From: the human T2T-CHM13v2.0 reference genome, Homo sapiens
Reading direction: 5' to 3' (one strand)
Assembly: GCF_009914755.1 (NCBI RefSeq)
Contig: NC_060933.1
Length of the DNA: 64,000 nucleotides
Positions 1-20,609 of this stretch are shown one piece after another. Every line of letters begins with the position of its first letter. The first letter of the stretch is position 1. The position numbers and the translations under genes were made by a program. Under the pieces are notes generated by a model, which was given only the letters and a program-made list of their open reading frames with translations, had not been told where the DNA came from and ran no database searches.

Positions 1-1660
1 CTATTCTTAGGAATTTGGCTGCATAAGGGAAGGATGTATGGGACAGTTAGATAGAGGTGGTTGCAGGATCAAGAAATAAGTTTTTGAAGGTAGGAAAGAA
101 TTGAACATGGTAACAGACTGAAGGAAAGGAGAAAGTTTAAAGATAATTGGTAGCAGTGAGGTTAATGCCACAAAAAAGATGGGATCAAGGGTAAATCAGA
201 GTAAGATTGATCTTGAATGAGAGAAGGAATGGCTGTTGAGACTGGAGGGCAGGATGGATGTAGAGAAGTTTATGTGCCCCAAAGGTGATGGAGTTCAAGT
301 TGTAATTTTTTTAAATGAGTCATCTGCTGAGAGTGGCAGGAACAGAGGTTAAATAGAAAAGTAGTTAAGGGTGAGAATCATCAAGTAGAGAAGTATCTTA
401 ACAAGGATAAATCATTTCTGAAATGAGGGTCCAGCTAAGATTTGTGACTATCACTTTGCAGTACCCCAGTCTGTACAGTTGTATGATTTCCATCAGCAAT
501 GTTCAGCACTTCAGATTGGATGTAGAGAAGGGTTTCTGATTTTGCCAGATGGGCTGGAGAATAGTTCAAGGATACAAATTAGTTGATAGTGCTCATGAGA
601 CACTAATTTCTTGAGAGAAGGAGGAGAGTTCTTAAACACCCTTGTCAAGGTATCACTAGTGACTTCTTGAATGGGGACTCCATTGGACATTTCAGTTTTC
701 ATCTTACTTGAATTTCCAACGTAAATGGCATGGCTCAGATTCCTGCCTTCTCTTGGCGTCTCTGACACACACTCCTGGTTTTTTTCTTTGCTTTCTGGGC
801 CTTAATTTTCAGTCTCTCATACTAGATTTTCCTCTTGTGTGTAATCTGTATGTATTGATGTTCCTCAGGACAGAATCTTGGGCACTATTCTCTTTTTCTC
901 CATATTCTTTGTCTAGATAAGTATCTTCATAACTATTTTATATGACCTACAATAGGACATACATTTTTATATTGTAGCCCAGTAAACACATATGTGTAAA
1001 TTTATGTAAATATAGCTGAAACAAAAATTTACTGAAACAATGTTTACCCTTCATATTTTCAGTGAGCTCTTTTTGTTTAAATTTTATTTCACGTTTAAGT
1101 ATCTTGGTCATAACCTACAAAATTGTTTTCAGAACTTACTAACGGATGTGACCAACAATTTGAAAACTACTACTCTAAATTATGAGACAGAATTTTAAAT
1201 AATGTTATATTCTGATGAATAAAGGAGAGGGCTGATAAACTGGGAGAGAATGAGTGAATTAAGGAAATGGTTTAAAGGCAGGTGTAGCAGAATGAAGATG
1301 AGAAAAGGGTAGGAGAGGAGAAGACCAGAGAATAGAGTATTTCAATTAAGATGTTTGAGATGAAGCAATTCCAGATGATGACAAGCTCCATGTCTCGCCA
1401 TGGCTATAAATTACTGAAATGGAGTTAAGATCATTGCTAAAGTTGAGGTCAGGGAACTGTGAAGCTGGAGTGTTAGGTATTGGATCTAGTATCTAGATGG
1501 AAGTCATCCAGGGTGATGGTGAGATTGGAATAGAGAAGCTGTGAACTAGGTACAAAAGACTTTAGTAAAGATAGAGGAGAGATTAGGAAGTCACTAATTA
1601 CCAGCAACCAGGAAAGATCAAGGCAATATTGTTGCATTCCCAGATCCTCAGAAGAAGTGA
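1..1660. mobile_element. Decayed ancient repeats, probably L2 fragments with a hAT-type piece near 920-1175
   Basis: purine-rich L2-like tracts and the L2-like motif gttcctcaggacagaatcttgggc...ttctctttttctc; highly diverged. Confidence 0.4.
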
Positions 1661-1666
1661 ATCTTG

Positions 1667-1972
1667 TTTTTTTTTTTTTTTTTTGGGTGGGGGGATGGAG
1701 TCTCGCTGTGTCGCCCAGGCTGGAGTGCAGTAGCGCAATCTCGGCTCACTGCAAACTCTGCTTCCCAGGTTCATGCCGTTCTCCTGCCTCGGCCTCCTGA
1801 GTAGCTGGTACTACAGGCACCCGCCACCACGCCCAGCTAATTTTTTGTATTTTTAGTAGAGACGGGGTTTCCCTGTGTTAGCCAGGATGGTCTCGATCTG
1901 CTGACCTCATGATCCACCTGCCTTGGCCTCCCAAAGTGCTGGGGTTACACGCGTTTGCCACTGCGCCTGGCC
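1667..1972 (-). mobile_element. AluY-like
   Basis: poly-T, gttagccaggatggtctcgatc diagnostic; tcttgtt flanks. Confidence 0.9.
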
Positions 1973-2538
1973 TCTTGTTAATTTTTTTAAAGGTGTGGAA
2001 GAATGTTTTGAAAGTGACCCTGAGGAGCAAGAAAAGTGCCACCTCCTTTTCTTTAAAATTGTGGGACAGGAAGCTAAAACACTTGGACTACCGAAAGTGT
2101 TACTCTCAGGGGAAATCAAGATTCTGTTAAAGTTAAGAAAATAGAAAGTATTTGTAACAAGATTCAGAATATAAGAGTTAATCATGGACCAGAAAGTGCA
2201 GAGAAAGGATTAGGGGCAAAGAAAGATGTTGGCTATGATGGGAGAGAAAATTTACCAGAGTATGGGATGAGAATACTAAAGAAATAGATAATAGAGGGGC
2301 TTGCATTTTGGTAAGATAATAGAAAGATGAGGAAGGAATGTTGCAAGAAACAATCTCATAGTTGTAAATGGAGCACGATGTCATATTTGAACAAAATTAG
2401 CCTTGTAGTGGTACACAGAACGGCAGTTTGCAAGAACAATTGTTGTGAATTAAATGTAAGGGTATGATGGGTCATTATTGTCTTGCTAGAGAAGACATCA
2501 AAGGATTGAACTATTTATTGTTTCCAAACAGCGATTAA

Positions 2539-2806
<268 letters not shown>

Positions 2807-3514
2807 TCTGTTGAATGCTTGTGCATATATTGTGGTAGAAGTTGGAAATCCCCTCTGTAATAAGAGATTCTACTTTGTTGTTTCTTTATTTCATAAGCAT
2901 ATTATTAAACATGTTTGTTTTGTTTTTTGGAAAGCATCTGGAAATGTAAATGTGGAAGAGTGTTTGAAAGACACTCTGGGAAGAAGATGCCTGCTCCTGC
3001 AGATACTCAATTTAAAGCTGCAATAATTTTAGTTGAATAGTGTATTGGGGCCAGAATAAAATGAAATGGAATAGACCTCAAATAGAATCAAGCATATAAG
3101 AATTTAGTTAATGATTAATGTGTGTTTCAAATTAGTTGGCAAAACATGGAGCATTCAATAGAACATTCCAATAATTGTTAAACCATTTGTTTAAAAGTAT
3201 TTTTAATCCTCTCTTATACCTTTTATCAGAATTCTACATAGCTTAGAAACTTGGTATTTCAAAAATGAAACCATAAATGTAGTAGAGGAAAATGTTGGCA
3301 AGTATTCTGTATAAACTTGATATGGGCTAGGCTTTCTAAACATGACAGAAATAACAAGTACTGAAAAGGAAAATATTTTTATTATATATCTGAATTTACA
3401 AAAAATAAAACACCATAAAAAATTAGAAATGACAACTGGTAAAAACATTTATAATATATATACCATATATAGGATCAGAATCTTAAAATTAAAAGGTAAA
3501 CTTTACTAATTTTT

Positions 3515-5261
<1,747 letters not shown>

Positions 5262-6209
5262 TCAAAATTTCATGACATTTCTTTTGATGCTAGGGGTAAT
5301 ATTATAAAACTATTCTAAAACTCATCTAGAACAATACCACAAAAATAAGAAAAAGTACAGTACTCTAATGTAAAATATGTTATAGACAATGAGTGAAACA
5401 ATATTCTGATTGCCACGGCACCTGGAGGTAAACTCTAGTAAATGTTAAAGAGCTTAATATAAGAGAGTGTGTCATAAATAGTGAATAAGAGAAACACATC
5501 ATATGAGGAAAAGTTAGATGAAGTTTATGAGTTGATATTCTAAGCAGAAGGATATCCTGTAAAGATAATTATTACATTTTCGTTATCATTATAATGTAAA
5601 AATTGGGAAACAACCTAGAAGACTTACAACAGGTGAATCTTAAATAATGATATGTATATCCCTATAAAGGCTGTTAGATAGTCATTACAAACTACTTTCA
5701 AGATATTTCAGAAAATAATATACTTTAACAAAAGTTTAAAAGTGATATCAATTTAACATAGAAAACATAAATTTATAAATACATAGAATTGAAATGGAAA
5801 TAAATGAATAGACAAAAATGTCCATAAATTTATCTGATTTTCACACAGGTGATTTCAACTGAGAAGGTGCAGAGGGCCAATACTCAACCTCCTACAGTAG
5901 GCTAAGTGCAAACTACAGATAATGTTGGGTCCTATGGTTAACTCATAAGAAGAGCAGCATTTTTTGGAGGGAATAATTTTGTTAAAGTCAGATTTTCCTA
6001 AAGTTTTCAGATTTTTTTTCTAGAGTTTCAGGTAATAATATTAGGACATCGTCATCAACTTAGACTGAAATAATTTTTCTGAAGTCTTCATACATAGGAT
6101 AGTAAGGGTATCTTTTTCTTTTATTCCAGTAAAAATTGATAATTAAATATTTATAAAAAGAATCTGACATTTATTGGCCACCTACTATTTGCCAGGCACG
6201 TTATCTGTT

Positions 6210-10770
<4,561 letters not shown>

Positions 10771-11379
10771 TTTTTCTTTGCAGTGACTTCACCTATTTAA
10801 TATTTGCATTTTTGAAAATAGTAGTGCTTGTAGTAAAACATACAAACAATGGAGAAGTATCAGAGTTCCTTCCTATTGTAGGTATAACCACTATCAACTG
10901 TATCTTCTAGACTTTTTAATGTATTTATAAACACACACACATACATACACAGTTTGTATGACTTTGGACTGTTCCAAAATCAAGATAGTACTGTATACAT
11001 TGTTATTTTTCTCATCTATTTCTTTCAGCAATATATTATGAATATGTGGCCAAGTGAATACATATACATCCACTTCATTATTTTTAATGTGTACAGTTTT
11101 AATTTATATGTTCTTCTCTATACTTTGACCTGGTGAATGGAAAACAAAAAGTAGCATAATTAGTTGAGTAGGTCTCACAGTTATGCTTGCATAAAGCCAA
11201 AGAAGAAATTATTCAGAACATTTACCAGGAAGAGATATAACATTGTCTTCTAAAGATCACTCGGGTTAACCCTTAACTCATTTTATTTGAATTTGTAGTT
11301 GACAGTCTTCCTGTGTCCAACACATTCTCTAGAATTAGTACTATTCCTGGCCCCTATGCTCAAAATAATTCCCAAGTAA

Positions 11380-14300
11380 TTCATTAGGGGATAAACTGAC
11401 ATCTTTTCAAGGGGTGGTTGTGATTCTTAACAAGGCAATGGGGAGACATTTAATCCAGGGTAACCGGGTTTCTAGGACTGATTTGGTCAGTTGACTTTTT
11501 AGGGTTTGGTTCATTCTTTCTACTCTTCCTGAAGAGGGTGGATGCCAAGGGATATGGTATTCCCATTTTATGTCTAGCACCTGTGCTAACTCTCTAATGA
11601 CATGTGCCATGAAATGGGTTTCATTGTCTGAATCAATGTTTTCTATTAGTCTAAACCTGGGTATGATGTTTTCAATTAATGCCTTTATAACTGCATTACT
11701 AGCAGTTGCGCTTGAGAAGGAGATAGTCTCTACACAGTGAGTAAAGTGATTCACTATTATCAATAAATACTTCAGGCAACCGATGGGGGGCATTTTAGTG
11801 TAGTTAATTTTAACACTTTGGAATGGTCTTAGCCCTGGATCTCTTCCCCTGAGGAGTGATTTTCTTAGAGCTTGCTTATTAGTTTTTTTTATATATTAAG
11901 CAACTCTCTGTGACCTGTTTGGCTAGGGTGTAAATTCTGATACACCCATAAACTCTGAAAACCACATCGCACATAGCTTGGGGTCTCCAGTGGGCTCCTT
12001 GATGTACTTGAGACAAGACCTCCCTCATGAGAGGTTTGGATAACATCTCTCTTTGATCTGGTAATATCCATTTTCCTTCTGTGTTTTCTTTAGCTCCTAT
12101 TTTTATTAATTTTTCTTTTTCAGTGGAAGAGAAAATGGGGACTGTGGTAGGGGAAGGAAGGCAAGGAGTTAAGTGAAAGACAGGTGTTTCAGAAGAAATG
12201 GCGGCTTGTTTGGCTATTTGATCTGCAAGGTTATTTCCTTGACTTGGGAAGGAAAAGTCATTTTGATGCCCTGGGACATGTACAATAGCTATCTCTTCTG
12301 GCAGCTGGAGATTGTTTAAGACATGGACAATTAGTTCTTTTTGGACCAAGTCTTGGCCTTTACTATTATGACCATTCTCCGTCCAGTTTTTTTTCAATGT
12401 ATGAGCCACTCCAAAGGTGTACTTAGAATCAGTATAGATAGTTCCTTCTTGGTTCTGCAAATGTTTCAAAGCTTGGCTGAGTGCAAACAGTTTACAAGTT
12501 TGGGCAGACCAATTATTGGGCAATCTTTCTGACTCTACTTCTTCAAGAGTTTTTCCATCAGTTACTGAATACCCATTATGTCTTTTCTCTTCAATTACCC
12601 AGGAGGACCCATCTATAAATAAGTGTCACCCTGTCTTGAAGGGAGTTTCTCTTAAGTCTGGCCAGACCTTTGTATGGTAATCAATTAGATCTAAACATGT
12701 GTGCTCCCTTTTTAGGTTTAGATCCCCTGTTAAGAAACTAGCTAGTTTGAGTGAATTATCAGTAGTTAATGTTAAATCATCTTTTTTTTTAACAGAATGG
12801 TCTTATACTTTAAAATTCTTGAGTCAGTGATTCACCTCTCTATTTTTTGGTTTAAGATAGTTCTAACTTGGTGGGGCGTGCTTACTGTCTATTTTCCTCC
12901 GAAGTTTAACTTTTTACTTTCTTCAACCAACACTGCTCTAGCTGCAATGGACTGGATGCATTGAGGCCATCCACAGGTGACTGGGTCTAAAACTTTTGAC
13001 AGGAAGGCCACGGGCTGCCGGTTGCCTCCATGCTTTTGGGTAAGCACTCCTAAAGCTACCCTGTCATTCACATTAACAAAAACGTGAAATGGCTTTTCTA
13101 GGGAAGATAGGGCTAGAACAGGGGCAGTTATGAACATCTGTTTCAGCTCTTCAATCTGATGAATTTTATCGAAGTCCACAAGAGACGGTCAGGCTTCCAC
13201 TGGGTAAGTTTTTCATACAAAAATTTACTTTTTAGTGAGTATGAGTCAATCCATACACAGCAATATCCAATTAATCCTAAAAATTTTTTTGGTTCTTGCT
13301 TAGTTTGAGGCAGGGGTAAGGACACAATTCACTCAATCCATTCGGGCCTTATTCTTTGCTTGCCTGCACTTATTAGGTGGCTTAAATATTTAACTTCGGG
13401 CTCTGTATATTGAAGCTTTCCTTTTGAGACCCATAACCCCTCAAACTGTTGGTGGTTAAGAATATGTATAGAGAAGTCACCCACTTTTTTTATATCTTCA
13501 CCAGATATGAGAATATCATCCACATACTGAAGCAGGCATATTTGCTTTGGGACAAGAACTTTTTCTGATACTCGTTCTAGAATTTGACCAAAGACGTTAG
13601 GGGAGTCTGTAAACCCTTGGGGTAAGACTGTCCATCAATATTGTTGTTTTTGCCCAGAATGGGGATCTTCTCACTCAAAGACAAATATGTCTCGGCTATC
13701 CTCAGCCAAGGGGCATGCGCAGAAAGCATCCTTCAAATCTATTACTGTGAACCACTGATGATCATAAGGAATTTGGCTGAGAATGGTGTAACGGTTGGGG
13801 ACAACAGGTTGAGTGGTCTGGACTATCTGGTTAATAGCTCTGAAGTCTTGTACTAATCAGTATGACCCATCTGATTTCTTGACAGGCAGGATTGGGGTAT
13901 TATAGGGAGACATACAGGGTTTAAGGAGTCCATCTTTAATGAGACTCTCAATTACAGGCTTTAACCCTATCCTGCCTTCGAAGGGAATGGGGTATTGCTT
14001 TCTCCTTACTATGTCCCCAGGAGTTTTTAGTTTGATGTCTATTGGGGGAACTTGAAGTTTTTCTCGATTCCCTTCTCTTGACCAGACATCAGGATGAATG
14101 TATTTTTCGTCCACAGTGGTGAGTAGATTTAATGAGGTGAGGAATCCCTTAGGGCCAGCTTGAAGGCCTATTCCTAATTTTAGCATTAAGTCTTTTTCTA
14201 ATAGATTAGTTCCCACCTCAGGGATCAACAAAAATTGAATGTGAGTTAATAGATCTTGATGTTTGACTTTTGTATTTTCCAAGATTTTTGCCTTAAATCC

Positions 14301-16854
14301 TTCTCCTTCTCCTTTTACCCCAGTTCTTCTGAAGAGCCAGCAAGATTAGATGGAGTGAGACAAACAGAGGAGTGAGACACTCCTGAATCAATTAAAAAGG
14401 TGATAAGTTCACATTTAGGTCCCACCTCCAAATTTATCAAGAGCTCCTGGTGGGACTCAAATTAAAAGAGACAGAGACCCTGACTCCCCTATTCTTCCTT
14501 GAAAGTCATGAGTGGAAGGACTTCTTTTTCCCTTTTTAATTTGGGACATTGTCTCTTGAAGTGGCCTGTTCCACATTTGTAACATTTATCTTGTCCTTCC
14601 TCCCTTTCAATTCTGGGATTCTTTGACTTTGCTCCCCCACACTCTTTAGAGGGCCTAGGAAATGAAGGCCCAGATCCTCTAATTGGAGGCTTGGTTCCTT
14701 TGAACGGGGGTTTTTTGGATCCTTTATAGTTCTTGGCTCCCTGGAAGTCTTGTTGAGAAGCATATGGGTTTGGAGCCACCTGTTGAAAGGTGGATAGCAT
14801 AAGTTTTGCTCTTTGTTTTTGCTTTTCTTCGTCTCTCCTTACATACACTTTTTGAGCTTTCCTGAGAAGTTTACTTAGCGGTCGGTCTTCCCAATTTTCC
14901 AATTTTTGTAACTTTTTTGAAATATCTAGTCAATTCTTAGTGACAAAATGGAGCTTAAACATACCCGGCCCAAGGGGATCTTCCAAATTTAGGCCTGCAT
15001 ACTGTTTCATTTGCTCCTTTAGCCTGTCTAAGAATTTTATAGGCCCCTCATCTTTTTTTGTTGTTGTATATCAAATGCTTTAGAGAGGTTTTGAGTTTGG
15101 GGTATTGATTCCTTAATTCCTTTTATTATCATTTCCCTTAGATCTTCCATGTTTTCCTGGTGAGCTGCATTATTATTGTCCCACCTGAGGTCTTAAGCGG
15201 GAAATTTTTGGTCCGCGGTAGGGACATTCTGACCAGGAGAGTATTCACGTTTCCAAATTGCCATAGCAGCCCTACGGTTATGCTTTTTTTCTCCTCCGAA
15301 AAGAGGATGCCTGGGATGGATATTAACTCGACCCAGGTATATAATTGAGGTCCTAAGAATTGATCAACTTAATCAGCCACCCCATAAGGGTCATCCAACA
15401 GGAGCTGAAGCTCTTTTTTCAAACTTTGCACCTCTGAACTGGTCAAGGGAATATTTACAAAGCCAATGGCTCCCCCTCCTTGTGGAACCTCTTTTAAGGG
15501 GAAGAGAGTCGGGGCTGACTCCTTAGGTGTGGAGGGAAATGGGAAATTTTGGATATCCTTTTTACATTGTTCTATCTCACGTTGAAGTCCTTTCAGGGAG
15601 GGGTACTTAATAGGCTGGGAGGGGACAGGCTCATGGGATGATAATTCCCAAAGTCAGGGTTATAAGGAGGAGGAATAACGTGAGCAGGGAAAGGATCTGG
15701 AATGAGACCTGAGGCGGCAGCAGCTGCCTGAGGGGGAGGGTCAGGGGCACTGAGCAGAGGAAGATGATCCAGAGGATCCCATGTGTTGGTGGGTGTGGGT
15801 TGTTTAGGAACAGGGACTCTTTCTCTTTTAGAGGAGTTGGTTTCTGGCTTGTTCCCTCTGGTTTTTAAAGGGTAAAGGAGGACAGGTTCTTGCCTCCAAA
15901 AAAGAGCATAGTCTGTTTCCTTTTGGGAGACAGGGCTTTTGTCATTAACATGTTCGATTAAGAGCTGACAAATCCACTCTTCATTGGAACCAAATTTTGG
16001 CCGGAAAACTGAGGGTTTGAGGATGGGCCTTCAGTCCAAATAAAACAACAATATTGTATCATTTGCTCTTTTCTTTTATGTTTAGTTCTTTCATTATCTT
16101 TCCAATATTTTAACATAAGTCCCAAGGGACTATCAGGAGGAATTTCATCACGCGCTTGGCTGTTTATTTTTCCTGTCTTACGTGAAACATTTCCCATCTT
16201 GGAGGTTTGGGATGGTGTCTAACTGAAATAGGCCTTTCCCTGGAGCTTCTCAACCTCTCCTACTAGAGATTTCTCGCCCTCCGTCCTTTCAGAAGCTCAC
16301 TGAGGCTCTGAGGCTCAATCCCTCATATTAGAGATTTCTTGCCTATCGATTTCCATAGGCATTGTTAAGGCTCAGTCCCTCGTATTAGAGATTTCTTGCC
16401 TATCCTTTAGCCCCACCTGTTGGAGGCTCCTTGCATCCTTCTTTCGCTTTTTCCACTCTGGCTGCTTCCCTTGTGGGAAATGGCAGGATCTGCCACATGA
16501 GGTGACCACGGGACCGTGCAGATAGGACCCACTCAATCCACACAGCAGTAGTGTTAACATCATCTACATACACTTTTATCCTCCAAGATACCCTGACCAC
16601 CTAGGAAATACTTTGTTGTTCTTGTACCGTTTTTCACCTTGGTCTGTGCACAGAGTTACTTGGTCGCCGCGGTGTTGTAAGCCTCTCCTTTCCCCATTGC
16701 TGAGAGCTTGGATTTGTTTGTCACAATGGGTGGGTCTCAGTCTCCCATCCCTGAGGCCACTGCAATGCGACAGTGGGACACGTCTCCCCCTGGGTGGGGT
16801 GACTGAAGACCTCTTCTTGAAGGAGAATGGGAATCCCCGACAAGCCCCCAGAAT
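11380..16854 (-). mobile_element. ERV1 internal region, HERV-I/HERV-IP10-like: leader, gag, pro, pol (RT, RNase H, IN), broken by stops and frameshifts, truncated in late integrase
   Basis: gag MGNVSRK...IPPDSPLGLMLKYW (ATG 16197), zinc knuckle CYKCGTGHFKRQC, gag TAG at 14489-14491, protease FLIDSG (14381-14389), RT LPQG and YVDD (13515-13526), RNase H IYTDSKY, integrase IDSDN...GRVERMNQTLK. Confidence 0.92.
16833..16850 (-). other. Primer binding site, tRNA-Pro type
   Basis: TGGGGGCTTGTCGGGGAT versus tRNA-Pro PBS TGGGGGCTCGTCCGGGAT (2 mismatches), 4 nt after LTR end TCTAACA. Confidence 0.85.
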
Positions 16855-17342
16855 TGTTAGAAAGAAAGCTTGAAGTCGTAAAGAAAGACGAGTACTCAAA
16901 CAAAGGATTTCTCAGCAAAGCAAATTTACTTTTGCGCAGTAGGGTGCTTCTTACAGGGCTGCTTGTCATGAGAGCACACTGAAGAAAGTAGAGTAGAAGC
17001 TTTTATTCCTAATGTGACTCCTGCCCTCGTGCCCTTTCCCCATTGGCTGGGGTCGGACTGCACAATCTAAACTAGACCCAATTGGCTAAACATTTAAACT
17101 TTCTTAGATAAGGTGGGCGCATGATGGGAGAGAGGGGAGAGGAGGAAGGGGTCATCTACAGAGGACTAGAGAGCCAGTCTTTTCCTAAATAAGGAAAGGA
17201 ATGTGAGCTGGGGCTGTGGCATGCCTGGGCATGTAGTAAAATCAGAAAGAAGAAAAAAGGAGAAGAAAGGCAGGGGGTACCTGGAATTAGAGAATAAGTA
17301 GCTGAGCAGGCTATTTGAAGAGAAACCTTGCCATATCTCACA
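16855..17342 (-). mobile_element. 5' LTR (LTR10-like, ~488 bp)
   Basis: TGTGAGA...TCTAACA termini, CCAAT boxes near 17042-17086, TATA-like AATAAAA 17001-17007, AGTAAA 16925-16930, adjacent PBS. Confidence 0.85.
17217..17236. promoter_or_regulatory. p53-type response element in LTR U3
   Basis: TGGCATGCCT GGGCATGTAG: two abutting decamers with intact CATG cores, 17/20 to RRRCWWGYYY x2. Confidence 0.6.
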
Positions 17343-17730
17343 TCTTTTATATCTTCTCATGCCTGTATGTATTATATGAACTGACATAAAGGGAGTCTTT
17401 TGGCCTTTCCTGAGGTCGTATAGTGTTATGTTGGATTTTGCATACCTGAAGTAGAGAATCTTGTTGAGTAATAATATGAATGCTTGTTTAACAATGTAAG
17501 CCCTTTAGTACTTACATGGTCATCTTAGGATGGATTTATATCCATTTGTTTTTACAAGATTAAAGTTTTCTTATTTTTTCCTGATTTTTAAGGGTAATAG
17601 ATACTCATTGCAATAAGGCGGAAAATACCAAATTGTATAAAGGAGAAAATAAAAATCAACTATAATATCATTATCGATCATCATTACTATTTTTTCACAT
17701 AGTTTTTAAAATTTTTATTTTTGTCTATAT

Positions 17731-17860
17731 TTTTTGTTTTTTTAAAAGACGGTCTCTCTATGTTCTCCAGGCTGGCCTCGAACTCCTGGGTTTTAAATAA
17801 TCTTCTCATCTCAGACTGCCAAGTAGCTGGGCCTGTTGGTGCATGCCACCATGCCCAAAC
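17731..17860 (-). mobile_element. Free Alu monomer (FLAM/FAM-like)
   Basis: caggctggcctcgaactcctggg...tgccaccatgccc, single arm. Confidence 0.75.
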
Positions 17861-17898
17861 TTCCAGCCTTTTTTTGTTTTAAAAAAGTAGAGTTTTGA

Positions 17899-18028
17899 AC
17901 CAGGCACAGTGATTCTCACCTGTAATCCCAGCTACTTGGATAGCTGAGGCAGAAGGATCTCTTCAGGCCAGTAGTTCAAGACCAGCCTGAATAACATAGT
18001 GAGCCCTTGTCTCTAAAACAAACAAAAA
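17899..18028 (+). mobile_element. Free Alu monomer (FLAM-like)
   Basis: ccaggcacagtg...cctgtaatcccagctac...accagcctg...A-rich tail. Confidence 0.8.
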
Positions 18029-18059
18029 CGGAATTATAAATACCATCTTGTAAACTGCC

Positions 18060-18443
<384 letters not shown>

Positions 18444-18709
18444 TGAGGTATTATAAATAATGTCTACATATAGAATTTAAAATTTTCCTGAAATGTATTT
18501 TTAAATAGTCATAGAACATTAAATGTTAAAGAAATATGTTAATAAATTGAACAACAGTATTTAATAATTCAGACATTTAAAAAATAAGGAAATTTTTACA
18601 AATCAAGTAGAATTTTGTTTTTTTAAAAAATTGTCTTTGCAGTTTTACAATAAAAGATGTACAGTGTTTTTTCTGGTTTACTAAAAATGAAATCTTGTTT
18701 GTCATTTAG

Positions 18710-18895
<186 letters not shown>

Positions 18896-20285
18896 TAAAT
18901 AACTGTGAACAATTTAAAAAAGTAAAAGTTGAGTATATTTTGAACAATAAGTATTACAGTACCATTTTTTTAAATCAGGATTATAGCATGTAAGAATTAT
19001 TACATGTAATTATGGCATGTAATCAGAATTATGGCATCTAATCGTTATTCTTTGATTCACAAAATTATTGTGATGGTTAAACAACAGAGTGAATATGAAA
19101 ATACAGTTTGAATTAGAAAGCTATATACAGATATGAGCTATTTCAGTCTTCATTTTTCTGACATGGAGCTGTAGTACAACTTGAAGAACTTTGAAATAGT
19201 CTTGGAGAAAAGTTCAAGATTGAAAATTAGATTTTTGGTACTATATAGAAATACTCTGAAATAGTTTAGATAGTTCCTATATTAAAATGACACTTAAAAT
19301 ACTTGTGTATTTATGAGAAGTGAGTCAAGAAATGTTACTTTTTTTCTGATAATTAGCATCTGTTCTAATACTTATGTAAGGAAATGAGGCTAATTTCCTC
19401 ATTTATATTAATCTAATTTCCTAGATTTATATTAAATCTCTCATTATGCTTCTGCATATGTATTTAGAGAAGCATAAGAATATACTATATATTAGAGTTT
19501 AAAATTTAGATCTGTGGTATATATAAACCAAACTATGGTAAACTCCTTTTTCTTTTCTTTTTATCATAGGCAGTGGTCAGTAGCCTGTGGTGAGCTGTTT
19601 CAGAGTTTTTCGTTTTCTGTATTTTTGACAGATGATCTATCAGGAATGAAGATATACTGCTAGTACAAAATTAATTATATCATACATGCTACTTTCTATA
19701 ATACAGTATATCATCCCTTTCAAGAGACTTAAATTTTTTTTTTTTGAGACTTAAATTTTTTCATCTACATTCTAATAACATCTAAATCACTAAATATTAA
19801 AAATGAATTGATTATTTAGAAATGTTTGCTTAATGATTATCAGTACCATGAAAAAATATTTCAAAATTACATAGTCATTTAACTAGCCTTTTGAAAGTGG
19901 ATGCACAGAAATATTTATATGTTTAATAGTATTTTAAAACATCGAGGGTAAAAACATATTAAAATTCTATAGTAAATTTATCAAATGTTTATTTCTGTAT
20001 TAATTTATCCTTCAAAACAGAACCAATATAATTTAAGATTGTTAGTCTCTACAAGTATACTTCAAAGCCTTTTAAGAGAGAATTCGGAACATTACCACTA
20101 CACAGAACTGTCTACTGTGACTTTCATTCTTACCTTCTCTAGTGCCCCATTTCCCAGTATAATAAGATACTACCTCTACTTCTCAGCATAGACCTTATAG
20201 TTAATACACCTAGTTTTACCTCTCATACTTTGCAGGGCACTTCATCTCTTACAAGGTTTGAGACATTTAACCTAGGAACACTTTC

Positions 20286-20609
<324 letters not shown>

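Noticed and set aside
11407-16197. ERV gag/pol ORFs as a domesticated gene
   Set aside because: Split by many stops and frameshifts, zinc knuckle is one residue short, gag-pro junction looks frameshifted; the longest piece is 214 aa.
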